Assembly (NCBI GenBank): GCA_965235115.1
Contig: OZ249443.1
Coordinates: forward strand, 22,692,001-22,756,000
DNA length: 64,000 nucleotides
DNA from: Laetmonice hystrix
Lineage: Eukaryota
Reading direction: 5' to 3'
In this document: one piece after another, positions 1-12,003 of the stretch
How the letters are laid out: the number at the start of each line of letters is the position of its first letter
Position numbering within the stretch: the stretch's first letter is position 1
Position numbers and translations under genes: made by a program
Notes under the pieces: model-generated
Databases searched by the model: none
What the model was told of the DNA's origin: nothing
The model's input: the letters and a program-made list of their open reading frames with translations, nothing else

Positions 1-20
1 ATAGAGCTTTGTGGTCCCGT

Positions 21-23
<3 letters not shown>

Positions 24-63
<40 letters not shown>

Positions 64-107
64 TTGTCGGTATGTCTCTCTGTCTTTCGCTCTCTGTCGC
101 TGTCTCC

Positions 108-143
<36 letters not shown>

Positions 144-235
144 GTCGCTATGCCTCTCTGTCTTTCGCTCTCTGTCTCTCTCTATCTCTCTGTCGGTCTT
201 CTGTCTGCCTTTCTTTCTCTCTCTCTCTCTCTGTC
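24..235. repeat. (CT)n-rich microsatellite
   Basis: Long CT/CTGT runs; they explain the Leu/Ser and Arg/Glu ORFs at 9-468. Confidence 0.95.
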
Positions 236-240
236 CGAAG

Positions 241-468
241 TTTCTAGTACCAGTAGAGTGGCCTTCCATGAGGGTTATCACATCCCCCAGGCAGTGCACG
301 CGCAGAAAGCGTGTACACCATCGCGCAGAGAACGTTATCGTAGTGCCATCACAGGCCGAGTGGGAGGGGCACTACCTACACACAACGGGTCGAGCCTCAC
401 CACAATCTCAGCCGGGATCATACGTCACAGATAAAACACCATACGTTCACCTTAATAGCTCAAAATGA
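241..468 (+). CDS. Possible terminal coding exon of a gene starting upstream of the window
   Basis: AG at 239-240 follows the CT tract. Two frames are open (FLVPVEWPSMRV...HLNSSK* and VSSTSRVAFHEG...IRHR*). No family recognised. Confidence 0.25.
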   Translation, partial: FLVPVEWPSMRVITSPRQCTRRKRVHHRAENVIVVPSQAEWEGHYLHTTGRASPQSQPGSYVTDKTPYVHLNSSK

Positions 469-769
469 TGTCGATATCATCATCTCCAATATTCCAAATG
501 TTCTATCAAAGTTTCTCACTGTAAAGCGCCGTCCCATATATACACATATAGAATTGGAGTTTTCAATACAAGGTGGATATATATCAGAGGTTTATTACTT
601 TTTACTCAGGAGATTTTTGGCCTGCTCCGGGAAGCGGTTGCACGGCCTTGATTCGTGTATTATGACAAAACACAAGGCCGATTATTCACTACATCTATGC
701 CGCTGGCTGACGGAACTGGTAGCTAGGATGTTGCAGTTTTTAGCTGGTTGTATGCCTGCACGTCTATCT

Positions 770-1460
770 ATTGCCCAGTAACCTCCCCCCTGGCCCGGAA
801 GAAGGTGGCCCTCCACCCGGCCGGCCCTCTCCAAGCAACCACGGACTCCTCATCCATCATCCTGAAACCCCTTACCTTGTAACGACCTGCCTGCTTCAAC
901 CCCAAACCACAATTTGTTGTCAGGGCCAACCCCCCACACACCCCACCTGACATCAATATCGGACTCCTCTGTATAAACAACTTTCTCAACATGCACATCC
1001 GCAGTGAAAAGTTTGGAGGGAGGTTGTCGAGTGTGTTCTTTTTTTATTACTTACCCTCCCGCATCCATAGGAACAAAGTTCTAGCTGGGCCGTGTGGTCT
1101 TTTGTAGATCCATCAGGATGGTCGTCGGCCGGTGACCAGAGCCGGCCGGTGGATTAACCCCCAACGTCCAACGTAACGTTGAGACCCTCCGTCCAAAATC
1201 CTTGCTTGCCCACATGTACACCTATACCGTCGAGACGGGCTGGCTCTCCACACCATGGGGCCCGCCGGGGTATATACACACACACACACAACTAGGGGCC
1301 CAGTAACAGGCTCCTATACCGTCCTGCCTCACCGCCTTCCAGGCGAATGATGCTCCTCCAGCGCCAGCGGCTTCGGTTACCATCAACCTCGCTCTACGCT
1401 ATCGTCGGCCCTACCCGCTCATCTTCGGCCATCTTCGCGCCTCTCCGGAAATCTGATCCG
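770..1460 (-). mobile_element. Possible decayed Tx1/L1-clade ORF1 remnant
   Basis: Broken frames LWFGVEAGR / RYKVRG...RARGEVTGQ loosely resemble Tx1 ORF1. Several stops and frameshifts. Confidence 0.25.
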
Positions 1461-1711
1461 ACGAATACGATTGCCTCCTTCGAAACATGACGTCACGGGA
1501 AAGCCCTCTTATAGGAGGAGCCCGGTCCTGGAGTGGCCAGTTATAACAACCACCATGTCATTGTTGCGTTGTTAAGTTGTCGCTGATTGGCCGTTGATGT
1601 ACCTAAGTTCCTCATATGCGGCGCTTTTGTGATTCTGCTTGGGAAGACTTTGATGAGTGGGTAAAAATTTGTGTTCTATCTTTAGCCATCAAAACCACAA
1701 ATGATGTTTTA

Positions 1712-2832
1712 AGCCCGCCGTACACTTTCCCGATTTTGCCCAACTCGAGTCGGTAACCATGGTTCCCGACTGCTCCCGACAGCTCCCGACTGCAGTTGGA
1801 GCAAATCGTAGCCGATTCGAAAAACGAATCGGGAGCCGAGCGTGGTTCCCGATTACGGCCGACTAAGCTTAGCTTTTCCAACCTTGGGTTCTTCAAAACA
1901 CGCTCGCGGTGGTAATAACAATGAATCAATTCAGATGGAAATTATTGCAAAGGAAACTAGAGATATGTGGCTTTTGTCCAGTATAAAATTTAATAAATAG
2001 ATTTAAGGATTCTTTTTCATACGGCCATTCGAAAATCATCAAAAACGTATAAAAAACCTGAAAACGCGTGACTTCTCTACCTTCTAGGTCTTGCCATGCA
2101 AAATCTGTCGCGACGACCTATACAAAAAAGTACCCAGAATTTTTCCCCACATCGTAAGGTTTCCATAGATGTCTTTTTTTTAGCGAGACTCCTTTTAGTT
2201 ATGAATACAGCGAGCTTTGTTTGGAAATTTAAAAGTTCCCAAAACTTTGATAATGACGTTAAATATCACAATAGTGAATAGACAGCCAGGCGCCAATCGA
2301 AGCTGTGTAGGATCAGGGGCCTATAATGATGTTTACACAGATATTATAATGCTATAATTTTCAGAGAATATCTACTGACCTTTGAAGTTTCTGTGTCTGT
2401 AGTATTTTAATGCATCTGTTGATAAAACGAGAGCTAGACAGCAAAATAGTGCAGTCTACGTTAGATCTAAGCCTTCTCTTCACGGCTCTGCCGCACGTCC
2501 TCTTTATGACGCCACAGCTTTTTGTCAGTGAAATATTGTAATATTATGTATCAAAATACGTAGTTAACTAATTATGATGTCACAAGTGACAATGAAAGCT
2601 AAACAGGTCGATCAGTTAGTCTTCACACTATTATCACCTAGGCTAGAAAGATTATAATAACACTTTCTGGGGGTTCAAGTGGGGGTTGAACTGGATGACC
2701 TCTCAACTACGGTGCCGATCTATGGCCACCACACTGCATGGGTCGGGAGCAAATAATCGGGAGAGTGTACGGTGGTCAGTCGGGAGTCGGGAGTCGGGAG
2801 TTGGGCAAAGTCGTGACAGTGTACGGCGGGCT
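1712..2832. mobile_element. PIF/Harbinger-type MITE, 1121 bp
   Basis: TIR AGCCCGCCGTACACT..CGA.TTTGCCCAACTC matches at both ends (3 mismatches in about 35 bp). TTA on both sides (1709-1711, 2833-2835). GGGAGTC subterminal repeats. Confidence 0.85.
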
Positions 2833-3169
2833 TTAGACGACCATCACCATACCCCTCCTATCATTCACCCTCTTTCGAGTGACGCCAAGTGTCTTTTCCG
2901 CTTGTGGACAGCCCAAGAATAAAACTTTCAGTTCTTTATGTTCTTTAAAAAGGCGTTGAGCATGGCTTAAGTGGAACGTTAAGATGGTGTTTAGAACTCT
3001 ACTCGCCCGGTGCTTGAACATCTTCTGATAAACTTATGCACCGCTTGACCTTCGAGCTAACATTCAAAGGTTCCACAAAAAAGTTGTTCACACATAAGTG
3101 AAATGGCAAATAGATTTCTATTAATATGGTACAGTCCTGCCTGAAACAGCAGAAGCCAAATCTTAGCTG

Positions 3170-3320
3170 GGCCGCATCAGCAGGTTTTCAAAACTTTAGT
3201 TTCTACTTTAGCTTAAGCTTCTAAGTAACGCTTCCGATAATGATAGGCTGCTCTGTTTAGAAAGGTCAATTAGAAGCTTTTAGCTTAAGCAAAATCTTAA
3301 GTTTCAGAAAGCTTGGCCTA
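3170..3320. mobile_element. Palindromic AGCTTAAG-rich MITE-like element
   Basis: Imperfect inverted arms (AAAACTT / AAGTTTC) with repeated GCTTAAG; similar to 6188, 15320 and 54470. Confidence 0.5.
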
Positions 3321-4510
3321 GACTCCTCAATACAGCTCAAGGCCGCCTGTCCACCACCACAAACCAAGAGCCTGCAGTATAACGGACCATCAGACAAGGT
3401 TGACCCTGCTTAACGATTCTTGAAGACATGCAGGCAGCCGACTGGTTCCGCAAGATAATCTTTGCTGGATTAATTGGCGAAGCTCCCAGACCACACTCGG
3501 CAAACCTAGGAGTCGGTCCACCCATGCAGCTTCTCATTGAAAACACGTCAGAAATCAAACGAAACATAACGAAACGCTGATGTACAATCTCATAGGTCCT
3601 GTGGCGTATCGCCAGAATTGTCAGTGTCCAGTGCATTCTTTGGACATCGCTTTATGAATCCATCTTTAGGGACATAATGAAGAATCTCTCAGCGTTTACA
3701 CAACCCTAGAGCTCTCAAATTCCTCCACAACGATTTACAACAGGTGTTCGTTCGTTGGTCATGAATTAACCCTTTTTCATCCAGGTTATTCATTTATTCA
3801 AGGGGCTTATACTCATACATTTAACAAAAGAGTTACTCATTGACATTAGCAGCAAACCACTATCGGATGCAAAATCCTCGGGGGGAGGGTACGGGGGAAA
3901 GAGTCCTCGGAGATAAATATCCAAGGAGGCAGACATCCTGGATCTATTATGCCACACGTGAGTTGAATGTAATTTTAGACTGGGAAGGTCGATTCTAGAA
4001 GTTGTTAGGTAACAGCGTCGTGTGCGATGTCCATGCACTTTCTCCTGTGTTTGCTCAGACAATGGGGACTAAGTTAGTGCCGTCTATTTAAAGTTCACGA
4101 AAATATCGACGGGACTTAGAGGACCCGCATTCCTCCCCGATATCGGTACATGTATACCACAACGGAAAGTAGTAGCGCTTTGTTTACGGTAAAAAACGCA
4201 ACAGGTGGGGAGACTGGGAATTTTGGGAGGAGCTGCCATCAGTTGGACAAACGTCATTAGTTTTGGCTAGCAACATCGTTGACTCCCTGTGTGGCCGAGG
4301 CTTACTCATTGCCATCCCACATTTTGAATGTTGTATAGTCTCAAAGAGTAAACACTCGAAGCCACAAAGGTGTTCCAAGAAATGGTCATATGGCCACTCG
4401 ACGCCTACCATCAGCAGAACGGTTGCTTAATTCATAATGCTCCTCCCTACCCAGCTTAAAACGAATTTTTAAATATATTTTTAAAGTCATACTGCTATAT
4501 TAGCATTATG

Positions 4511-4613
4511 CACTCTAAAAGAAGATTGGTTGAAACAACCAATACTGATTGAAATGTGTCCAACCAATCTGATTCAATATCTTGGCCATTTCAACCAATC
4601 TGTTTTTAGAGTG
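4511..4613. mobile_element. Short MITE with CACTCTAAAA termini
   Basis: CACTCTAAAA..AGATTGGTTGAAA at the left and TTTCAACCAATCT..TTTTAGAGTG at the right are inverted repeats. Confidence 0.75.
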
Positions 4614-4730
4614 TACGTTCTGTTATTACTTACATTCTGGTCGAATGAGAAACAGGGTGGACTACCCATAAACCAGTGGTGTCGGAAGAGGGGGGAGGGC
4701 ATGCACCAATATCAGAGTTGGGTGCCAGAG

Positions 4731-4990
4731 CAGGGCCGGATCTAGGATTCTTATAAAGGGGGGGCGTAGCCCCTGGAGAAGATTGCGAGCGCCGAAGGCG
4801 CAAAGCCCCAGGGGGGTCTGGGGGGAAAATTTGAAAATTCATGTTTGTCAGATGCATTTTCCCGGCATCTGAGAAAAGAACTGTTCCTTTTTTTCAGGGG
4901 GCAAAGTAGTGGTAAAATTCCAGTCTCAAAAAATCATTACTCTGCCAAAAATAGGGGGCGTACGCCCCCCCCCCCTTGGATCCGGCCCTG
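4731..4990. mobile_element. MITE with CAGGGCCGGATC TIRs (hAT-like ends)
   Basis: 12-bp perfect TIR; CAGAG directly flanks both ends. Confidence 0.8.
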
Positions 4991-5077
4991 CAGAGTATAT
5001 TTTACGCCTACATTTATTTTATACAACATTTTTTTCACTTTGACATCCTCGGCTTCCGTAATCTACGGATCGATCAC

Positions 5078-5200
5078 GACGCGTGCGCGCGCATCACGTG
5101 ATTAATGACGTCACAACTGCGGTCATTCATCTTCCGGTGCCAGCGTTCGGGATGAGTAGGCGCTCCACGCCGCCTCGAGTTCCACGCGTCTGATTGGTCC
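5078..5200. promoter_or_regulatory. CpG-rich cluster of promoter motifs
   Basis: TGCGCGCGCA 5084-5093, CACGTG 5095-5100, TGACGTCA 5106-5113, CTTCCGG 5131-5137, ATTGG near 5193. Confidence 0.4.
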
Positions 5201-6187
5201 ATTAGACCTCAGTCTAGCGGGTCGTGAAGAGCGGCCCCTGGCGGCCGATGACGGAATTCGGCCATGTGGTCGACCATGGCGCCTTGATCACTACCATAAA
5301 TAATCACTGAATGATGGTGGCTGTCGGCGGTACCTGTAAGATTTCACATTCGTTTAGTGAGACGCGCTGCTCAGAATATCCACGCTTGTTGACTATTTAT
5401 CCAAAGGGGTAGTGGTGGATTTATTTTTATCTTTTTAATTTGTTTCATACATTCTGACGGCAACTGTTAGTCATCTACAAACCTTGTCATTTGACATGAG
5501 ATTTGACCCCCCCCCCCTTCCCAGTACATTGGAACTACCCCTGCTCTTTTCGAGAAGGGGCACGTGTTTCTTAACGTGCGACACCACTACATGGAGCGTA
5601 CTCTTGAAATAGTTTATAATAAATTTAAAAATGTAAACTTCTAAATGAACAGACAATTATTACGATTTATGTTTCGGAGAAACAACAAAAACACCGACTT
5701 CAACATAACTTTAGTGAGGTTTAACCTGAGATCCTGAAAATATACCGAAAGGTTGCTTTGAATAAGCACCAAGGTGACTTGGAAATGCCAGGAAAACATG
5801 CCATCGAATATTGCTGATGATCTCTTGCTCCAGTGGATGCCCACACTCTGAGCTTGGTTGTAAGACCCTCCGAGAACATGGTGATATTTGAACGAGAAGG
5901 TTTCGGCACGCCAGACGGCCGGGTGTGGGCTGTGGGCTCCCATTACCTTACTCTGGTTGGGATCCAGGGTAGTTGTCATGTTACCCTTCCATTGAGACCT
6001 CAGCCAGTTCGAGCGTATTTTGTAGCAAAAGGTCAATTAGGAGAAATGTGAGGAGGTTAGGAGAGTCGATTATAAACTCGACGTTTACCTTCCTTTTGTT
6101 TATAAAGATTTCCCTGGCCTTGGAGTAGCGTTTACTGAGATCAGAGACAGTCAAGCGTTTCTTCGCCAAATTCTTTATCATCTAAAC

Positions 6188-6300
6188 ACCCGGTTTTTCC
6201 AAAACTTACGGTTTTGTTCGAGCTTAAGTTTAACGATTCGGATTGGCTGATCAAGCAGACCAGCCAATCCGAAGTATTTTTAAGCAAACCGGGCCAAACC
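6188..6300. mobile_element. Palindromic MITE-like element with inverted CCAAT pair
   Basis: GATTGGCTG...CAGCCAATC at 6241-6269, flanked by GCTTAAG / TTAAGC. Confidence 0.5.
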
Positions 6301-7373
6301 AAAGGAAGCATTCTCTCCGAGCGTCTGTCTCTCAAAGCTATCCCCTTGTACGTCGTTAGATTAACTCTTTCACCGTCAAAGTCGGAGATCTCCGATCTAA
6401 GTGCTGACACAAACATTTGGCGGGTTTACGGAAACGTATTGAAGAAACGTAGCCACGAACTCCTGTAACTGATGTGATCAAGTACGGGAAAGTATAGCTT
6501 TCTGGATGCATTTGTACCTAGTGGGGCTAATGGCATATGTTCTTGCAAATTCAGACATTGCATTGTAAATGCAAGTTACGAGTGTGCAAAATATATTACA
6601 TGGAATTCGGAGTACTTTATGCGGGACACTTTATATAGGCATGTAAGTTAATTATATTGATTATTGAATACACACTGTATGAAAGACAGTGAGATTTGAG
6701 TGTTCTATCGAAGCCATAAATAACACGGCTTGAAGCCAGTTAAGTTGCCATATGACTCAGGAGCATGGTACATATACACAAATGTAGACAACTACAGGGG
6801 ACGGTGAAGTCGCACAGATTCCATGGAAGGGAGCGAAATGCAGAGACTATCGTTAGCTGGAACCAACAACCCAACATACAGACAGGGTTGCCCACAGAAT
6901 GAAAGGTCTAAGACGGCAGCACCAGGAGAGTCAAGTTGGAAGTCGTTCTCCAGTACCTCACTCATCGTTATACCTGAACAGGTGGTCGTACAGTGGCCAC
7001 TTACGTCTAAGAGTTCGTTTTGTTTATAAACATGGCGAGAATACATTGTCAATGCCCCCGAATGTTTGTTTACTGACCTCTCCGCCTTGTGTTATGTTAC
7101 CGCCCATCGGTTTGTTTACCTTTGCTATGCAATTTTTACCCTACGGGATCACGAATGCCAAAATCCCTAGACGGTGTAAAAGCACGTCTCCCTGAACGTC
7201 TGATCTTGTTTCAGCGCTTGGAAGATGAGGGAGGGAAAAGAAATAGGCCCCAAGTGCATTCTGCTGTGGAAGAAAACTAGCGGAGGCGTGATTTAAATTT
7301 CCTTGGCATCTGCAACAAATTCAGAACATTTGGCTTCAACAGGTGGTGATGTTAGGGCGTGTTTCTGGTTCCG

Positions 7374-7390
7374 CCCGCCAGGTGGCGCGA
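7374..7390 (+). promoter_or_regulatory. CTCF-like motif
   Basis: CCCGCCAGGTGGCGCGA fits the CCGCNAGGTGGCGC core. Confidence 0.5.
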
Positions 7391-8209
7391 GTTTTGGCTA
7401 CCTGTATTGGGTGAAAGCCTCATGGTACTGGGACTGAAGACAAACATCTGGCTATTGTTCCTGTCATGTAAGTATGGAACTTCAGTGGGCGGGGAAGGTT
7501 AGTAGACCTTACATCATCAACACGGTCTGCGTGGGATCACTGAAACTGAGAAGAACATGGCGTATTCTCGCCAGTACAAAATACTCGGTCAGCCACGACT
7601 CTTCATTTTATATGGTTGACTCTCGACTGATAACGGCAGCGCCTCGGAAAACTGGGTCCGGGTACATGCCCCAGCGGTGGATCCGAGGGCTACAGCACCC
7701 TTAAAATTGTGGTATATATAATAGCAAGGGACCCCCCCCCCCCCTGTCTCGAGGGCAGGGGACCTTGTTCTCTGGTTAGCCCTTCGACGCCTTGACATGT
7801 CGGGTTGCCTAGTTGACTAAATACCCAGTGGCCAGCCGATTCTTGGCCTCACTTCCCGCCTTGCTCACAATAACTTTGTCAGGTTCTCTACATGGGCTTT
7901 CAGCAGAAACACCTCAGATTGGCAACTCAGGCATTTGTTTGGGTGGAACTTATCGACCGGGGCCGGTGGTATGACCTTCCGGCTGCTTAAGTTCAGGTAC
8001 GGCGAATGGGGAATCTTTTCTTCTTTTCCTCTCATGACAGTCGCCATTAGCGTCGCCTTCATCATGGCGGGGGCGTCGGAAGGTCTTTTGAAGTGAGCCG
8101 CGGAACTTGCTAAATCTTTGACATCTTCAGAGTCAAAAGTTGAACTTTGTATCTCCATTCCTCTGGATCCTGTGGATGTCTCGAGTTCTAACTTCGTTCT
8201 GGTTAAAAG

Positions 8210-8581
8210 AAAAGAAAATCGCCAGTCTGTACAGGCCAGGCACACAGGCCGTGATATTCTAAGCAAGGTAAAAAAGATTTGAACACAATTGGTGCTCAAA
8301 TAGTTAAGATATAAGCACTTTAGTGCTGGGGCCTGCTTAGATCGAGCGCTGCTCAGCTGGTGGATTCCGCCATGAGCGTCTGCTCGTTGGGCTAATCTCA
8401 AATTGCGCATGCTCGACCTAGGCCTGACCAATCACAGCACGACTGCTCTCCAGTTTGGGAGGAACTAAAAACTGACGCACCTGTTGGGTTGAGCGATTCG
8501 GAAGGTAGCGAACGTTGACAGCTTATAAGCAAAATTTGTTAGAACATAGACGAAAACCATCGATAGTAATGAGGAATGGCT
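8210..8581. repeat. Dispersed unclassified repeat, left part (interrupted by a LINE)
   Basis: Aligns by eye with 15830-16170; shared blocks include CCAATCACAGCACGACTGCTCTCCAGTTT and GAGCGATTCGGAAGGTAG. Confidence 0.85.
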
Positions 8582-9791
8582 CCATACTGGGGCCGTTGTT
8601 GTTTCTTGTGTATGTGAATGATATCGATGCTGACATTAATCATAGTGCGGTGTGTTTATATGCAGACGACACTGTTATATATGCAAGTGCAAGTACCAGT
8701 CTGGAAGCTGCGAACTATGTGAACTCTGATCTACGTACTCTGTTTAATTGGTGTAACAAAAATCAATTAACTATCAACAAATCTAAGACTAAAAATATGC
8801 TGTTTGGCACCAAGAAGATGTTAACTGGAAATTATCCTCCGATAACTATTGACAACAAAGAAATACCATGTGGAACATTATAAATATTTAGGTGTCACTG
8901 TGGATCAAGAGTTAAATTTTAAGCAATATGTGAAAGAGGTTTTTGGAAAGGCAGCACATAGGATTTATTTGCTGCAAAGAGTGAGGTCCTACATAGACAC
9001 CAAAACTGCAGTTAGAATATATAAATCGAAGATATTACCTTTTTTCGACTATGGGGACGTTATATATGGGGAACTGACTCAAAATCCTTGGGGAAATTAC
9101 AACTTCTACAAAACAGAGCGTTACGAATATGTTTAAATAGCAATGAAAGCGCAGTCTTAACAATGGTTACCTAGATCTGAGACCTGGAGTTACGAGGAGA
9201 AGGGAGGGACGTATACTTACCTCTTCTCGCCCTAACCGGAAACTGTATGAGAGATCTGTTCGATTTCGAACCGCCAAAGAATGGAATGAACTCAATGTTA
9301 ACTTAAGAAAAATGTTGGATTATGAAGAGTTTAAAGGAATCCAGAAACAATGGTTACATGAGCATATTGGGTACCAAAACTCCTGACTTGATTGGATGAA
9401 TAGCGTAGTTGGAGTTTCCCTACTTTGATAGCCAGTGTAATAACACAAGTTAATCTGCTGTGTGAATCCTTTGTATATGATCCTGAAAAATTTCCCCTCC
9501 GGCTCGATTGGATATTGGACGAACTAAGCCAATTCTTGTTTGAATAGTATTAATAGGTCAGTAGATCCACGCCATTGTATTGGTTTGTTATTGACTTCAA
9601 AGGCATATGGTGATTATTGGGACTTTGTAAATAAGTTGTAGTTCCCTGGTGGTGGCAAAGTCTCACGGTTGACTGCGACGGTCAAATCTATAGAATATAC
9701 ATTGGTTGTTTCTCTAACTGGTTTTCCATGAAAAGCGGCTTCAACTCAGCCGATGTAATTACCAGTATAAATAAAGCGATATAAAAAAAAA
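8582..9791 (+). mobile_element. 5'-truncated CR1/L2-type LINE (RT C-terminal part, frameshifted)
   Basis: GSILGPLLFLVYVND...LYADDT...YKYLGV...LQNRALRI across two frameshifts. AATAAA plus an A-tail at the 3' end. TSD AATGGCT at 8575-8581 and 9792-9798. Confidence 0.9.
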
Positions 9792-9870
9792 AATGGCTAG
9801 GAATTAAGCCTACCGATGTCAGGGGATATATCAGGGTGGACACGGATCTGGGCAGCCGTGGGTTTCGGCC
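9792..9870. repeat. Continuation of the dispersed repeat after the LINE
   Basis: AATGGCTAGGAATTAAGCCTACCGA matches TTCGCTAGGAATTAGGCCTACCGA at about 16164-16187. Confidence 0.8.
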
Positions 9871-10358
9871 GCCTGCATTCAATTCGTCCCGCTCGGAGGT
9901 GTGATGTTGACGGAGCTCAGCGCCACTGCACTGGGCCCGGGCCCCACTCTGACTACGACCGCGGGCACTGACAGTGTCAGCACCACAGGAGTCAGACTCC
10001 TGCGGTCAGCACAGACCTGTTGCGTTTAGTTGTGACTGTGACTGTGACTGACCCCCGTCGATTTGCCCACCCGCCTCGGCTGCCTTTAGCCTAGTCTAGC
10101 CTAGCCCCGGCATGCAATAGATGGGCACAAGGACGTCATTTACTTCCGGCCAGCCCCACAAATGGCTGCGCCGCTGAAGCCAGTGATTTTGACACGGTTG
10201 TCGTATTCAACATTCTTGGAATGGAGGGGGGGGGGGGCACATTTATTTCCAACCACAACTCTGAAAGATGAGTATATATTATGCAGCTGTCCAAATGTGA
10301 TTTTTGACTGGACTTCTCCTTTAACATGAACGCGTATAGCCCCATCCCGTAAATGACA

Positions 10359-11456
10359 ATCTTCTGTAAGACACTAAGCATTCAAGGGCACGTTTACGTA
10401 TCTTCTGTAAGACACACAGCATTCAAGGAGAAGTTTACGTATCTCCGTAAGACACACAGCATTCAAGGGGAAGTTTACGTATTCATCTGTAAGACACACA
10501 GCATTCAAGGGGAAGTTTACGTATCTCTGTAAGACACACAACATTCAAGGGGAAGTTTACGTATCTCTGTAAGACACACAGCATTCAAGGGGAAGTTTAC
10601 GTATCTTCTGTAAGACACACAACATTCAAGGGCACGTTTACGTATCTGTAAGACACACAGCATTCAAGGAGAAGTTTACGTATCTTCTGTAAGACACACA
10701 GCATTCAAGAAGAAGTTTACGTATCTTCTGTAAGACACACAGCATTCAAGGGGAAGTTTACGTATCTTCTGTAAGACACACAGCATTCAAGGGGAAGTTT
10801 ACGTATCTTCTGTAAGACACACAGTATTCAAGGGCACGTTTACGTATCTGTAAGACACACAGCATTCAAGGAGAAGTTTACGTATCTTCTGTAAGACACA
10901 AAGCATTCAAGGGGAAGTTTACGTATCTTCTGTAAGACACACAGCATTCAAGGGGAAGTTTACGTATCTTCTGTAAGACACAAAGCATTCAAGGGGAAGT
11001 TTACGTATCTTCTGTAAGACACAAAGCATTCAAGGGGAAGTTTACGTATCTTCTGTAAGACACACAGCATTCAAGGGGAAGTTTACGTATCTTCTGTAAG
11101 ACACACAGCATTCAAGGGGAAGTTTACGTATCTTCTGTAAGACACACAGCATTCAAGGGGAAGTTTACGTATCTTCTGTAAGACACACAACATTCAAGGG
11201 GAAGTTTACGTATCTTTTGTAAGACACACAGCATTCAAGGAGAAGTTTACGTATCTTCTGTAAGACACACAGCATTCAAGGGGAAGTTAACGTGTCTTCT
11301 GTAAGACACACAACATTCAAAGGGACGTTTACGTATCTTTTGTAAGACACACAGCATTCAAGGAGAAGTTTACGTATCTTCTGTAAGACACACAGCATTC
11401 AAGGGGAAGTTAACGTGTCTTCTGTAAGACACACAACATTCAATGGGAAATTTACG
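10359..11456. repeat. 41-bp minisatellite, about 27 copies
   Basis: Unit ATCTTCTGTAAGACACACAGCATTCAAGGGGAAGTTTACGT repeated head to tail with no spacers. Confidence 0.97.
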
Positions 11457-11599
11457 ACGTTGTATTCTCACCCTTCCCATGGCTCAAATGTGGCCGAAAG
11501 GGTGTAATGCCCCCACTTCACTCAACCCTCAGAAGACCGTGTCAGCCCCCGACTGACCGTAAAGTAACCCCTTTCTCCTCTCTACTCACCTTCACCCTC

Positions 11600-12003
11600 T
11601 GTACGTTCCCCCAAACAATTATCCAATGTGAATCTAGACCTCCATGACAAGTAGATTAAAACTAGTATCACTTACAAGCAAGTACTAACTTTGGTGTGCT
11701 GGGGACCTGGATGGTCTGGACACATGGAAACCGTACTCGACTGTTAGGCAATGGAAGCCCCGGGGTAGGACGTAAACAACACTTTTGCCGCCAAAAGATT
11801 AGACAAGAAAGATCGTCTGGGGGCAATAAGAAAGGGGTGTTACTGCTGCTACAGGAACGGTTCCACACATTCCCTGTGTTTTCTTTGTCTGGAGATTGTA
11901 AAGAAGGCAATCCAGAAAAAATTGCTCGCTGTGTATGTCCATTTAATTTTTTGTTTTTTGTTAGCCTTTTTGTTCTTTGTTAGCCTTTTTGTTAGGAAAT
12001 AAA
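11600..12003 (+). mobile_element. Possible L1/Tx1 ORF2 3'-end remnant
   Basis: Frameshifted VRQWK / EAPG.DVNN / KIRQE resemble the L1 ORF2 C-terminus. T-rich tail, then AATAAA at 11998-12003. Confidence 0.3.

Noticed and set aside
9-468. Leu/Ser-rich or Arg/Glu-rich ORFs here and at 12628-13048, 17736-18074 and 28327-28642
   Set aside because: Translation artefacts of CT/GA microsatellites.
7865-8431. 188-aa minus-strand ORF
   Set aside because: Its 5' part lies in the dispersed repeat shared with 15830-16255, where the frame is not kept. No recognisable domain.
10359-11456. CRISPR array (regular ~41-bp periodicity)
   Set aside because: Units are contiguous near-identical copies with no unique spacers, there are no cas genes, and the context is eukaryotic. 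The same applies to the arrays at 17246, 20209 and 29927.
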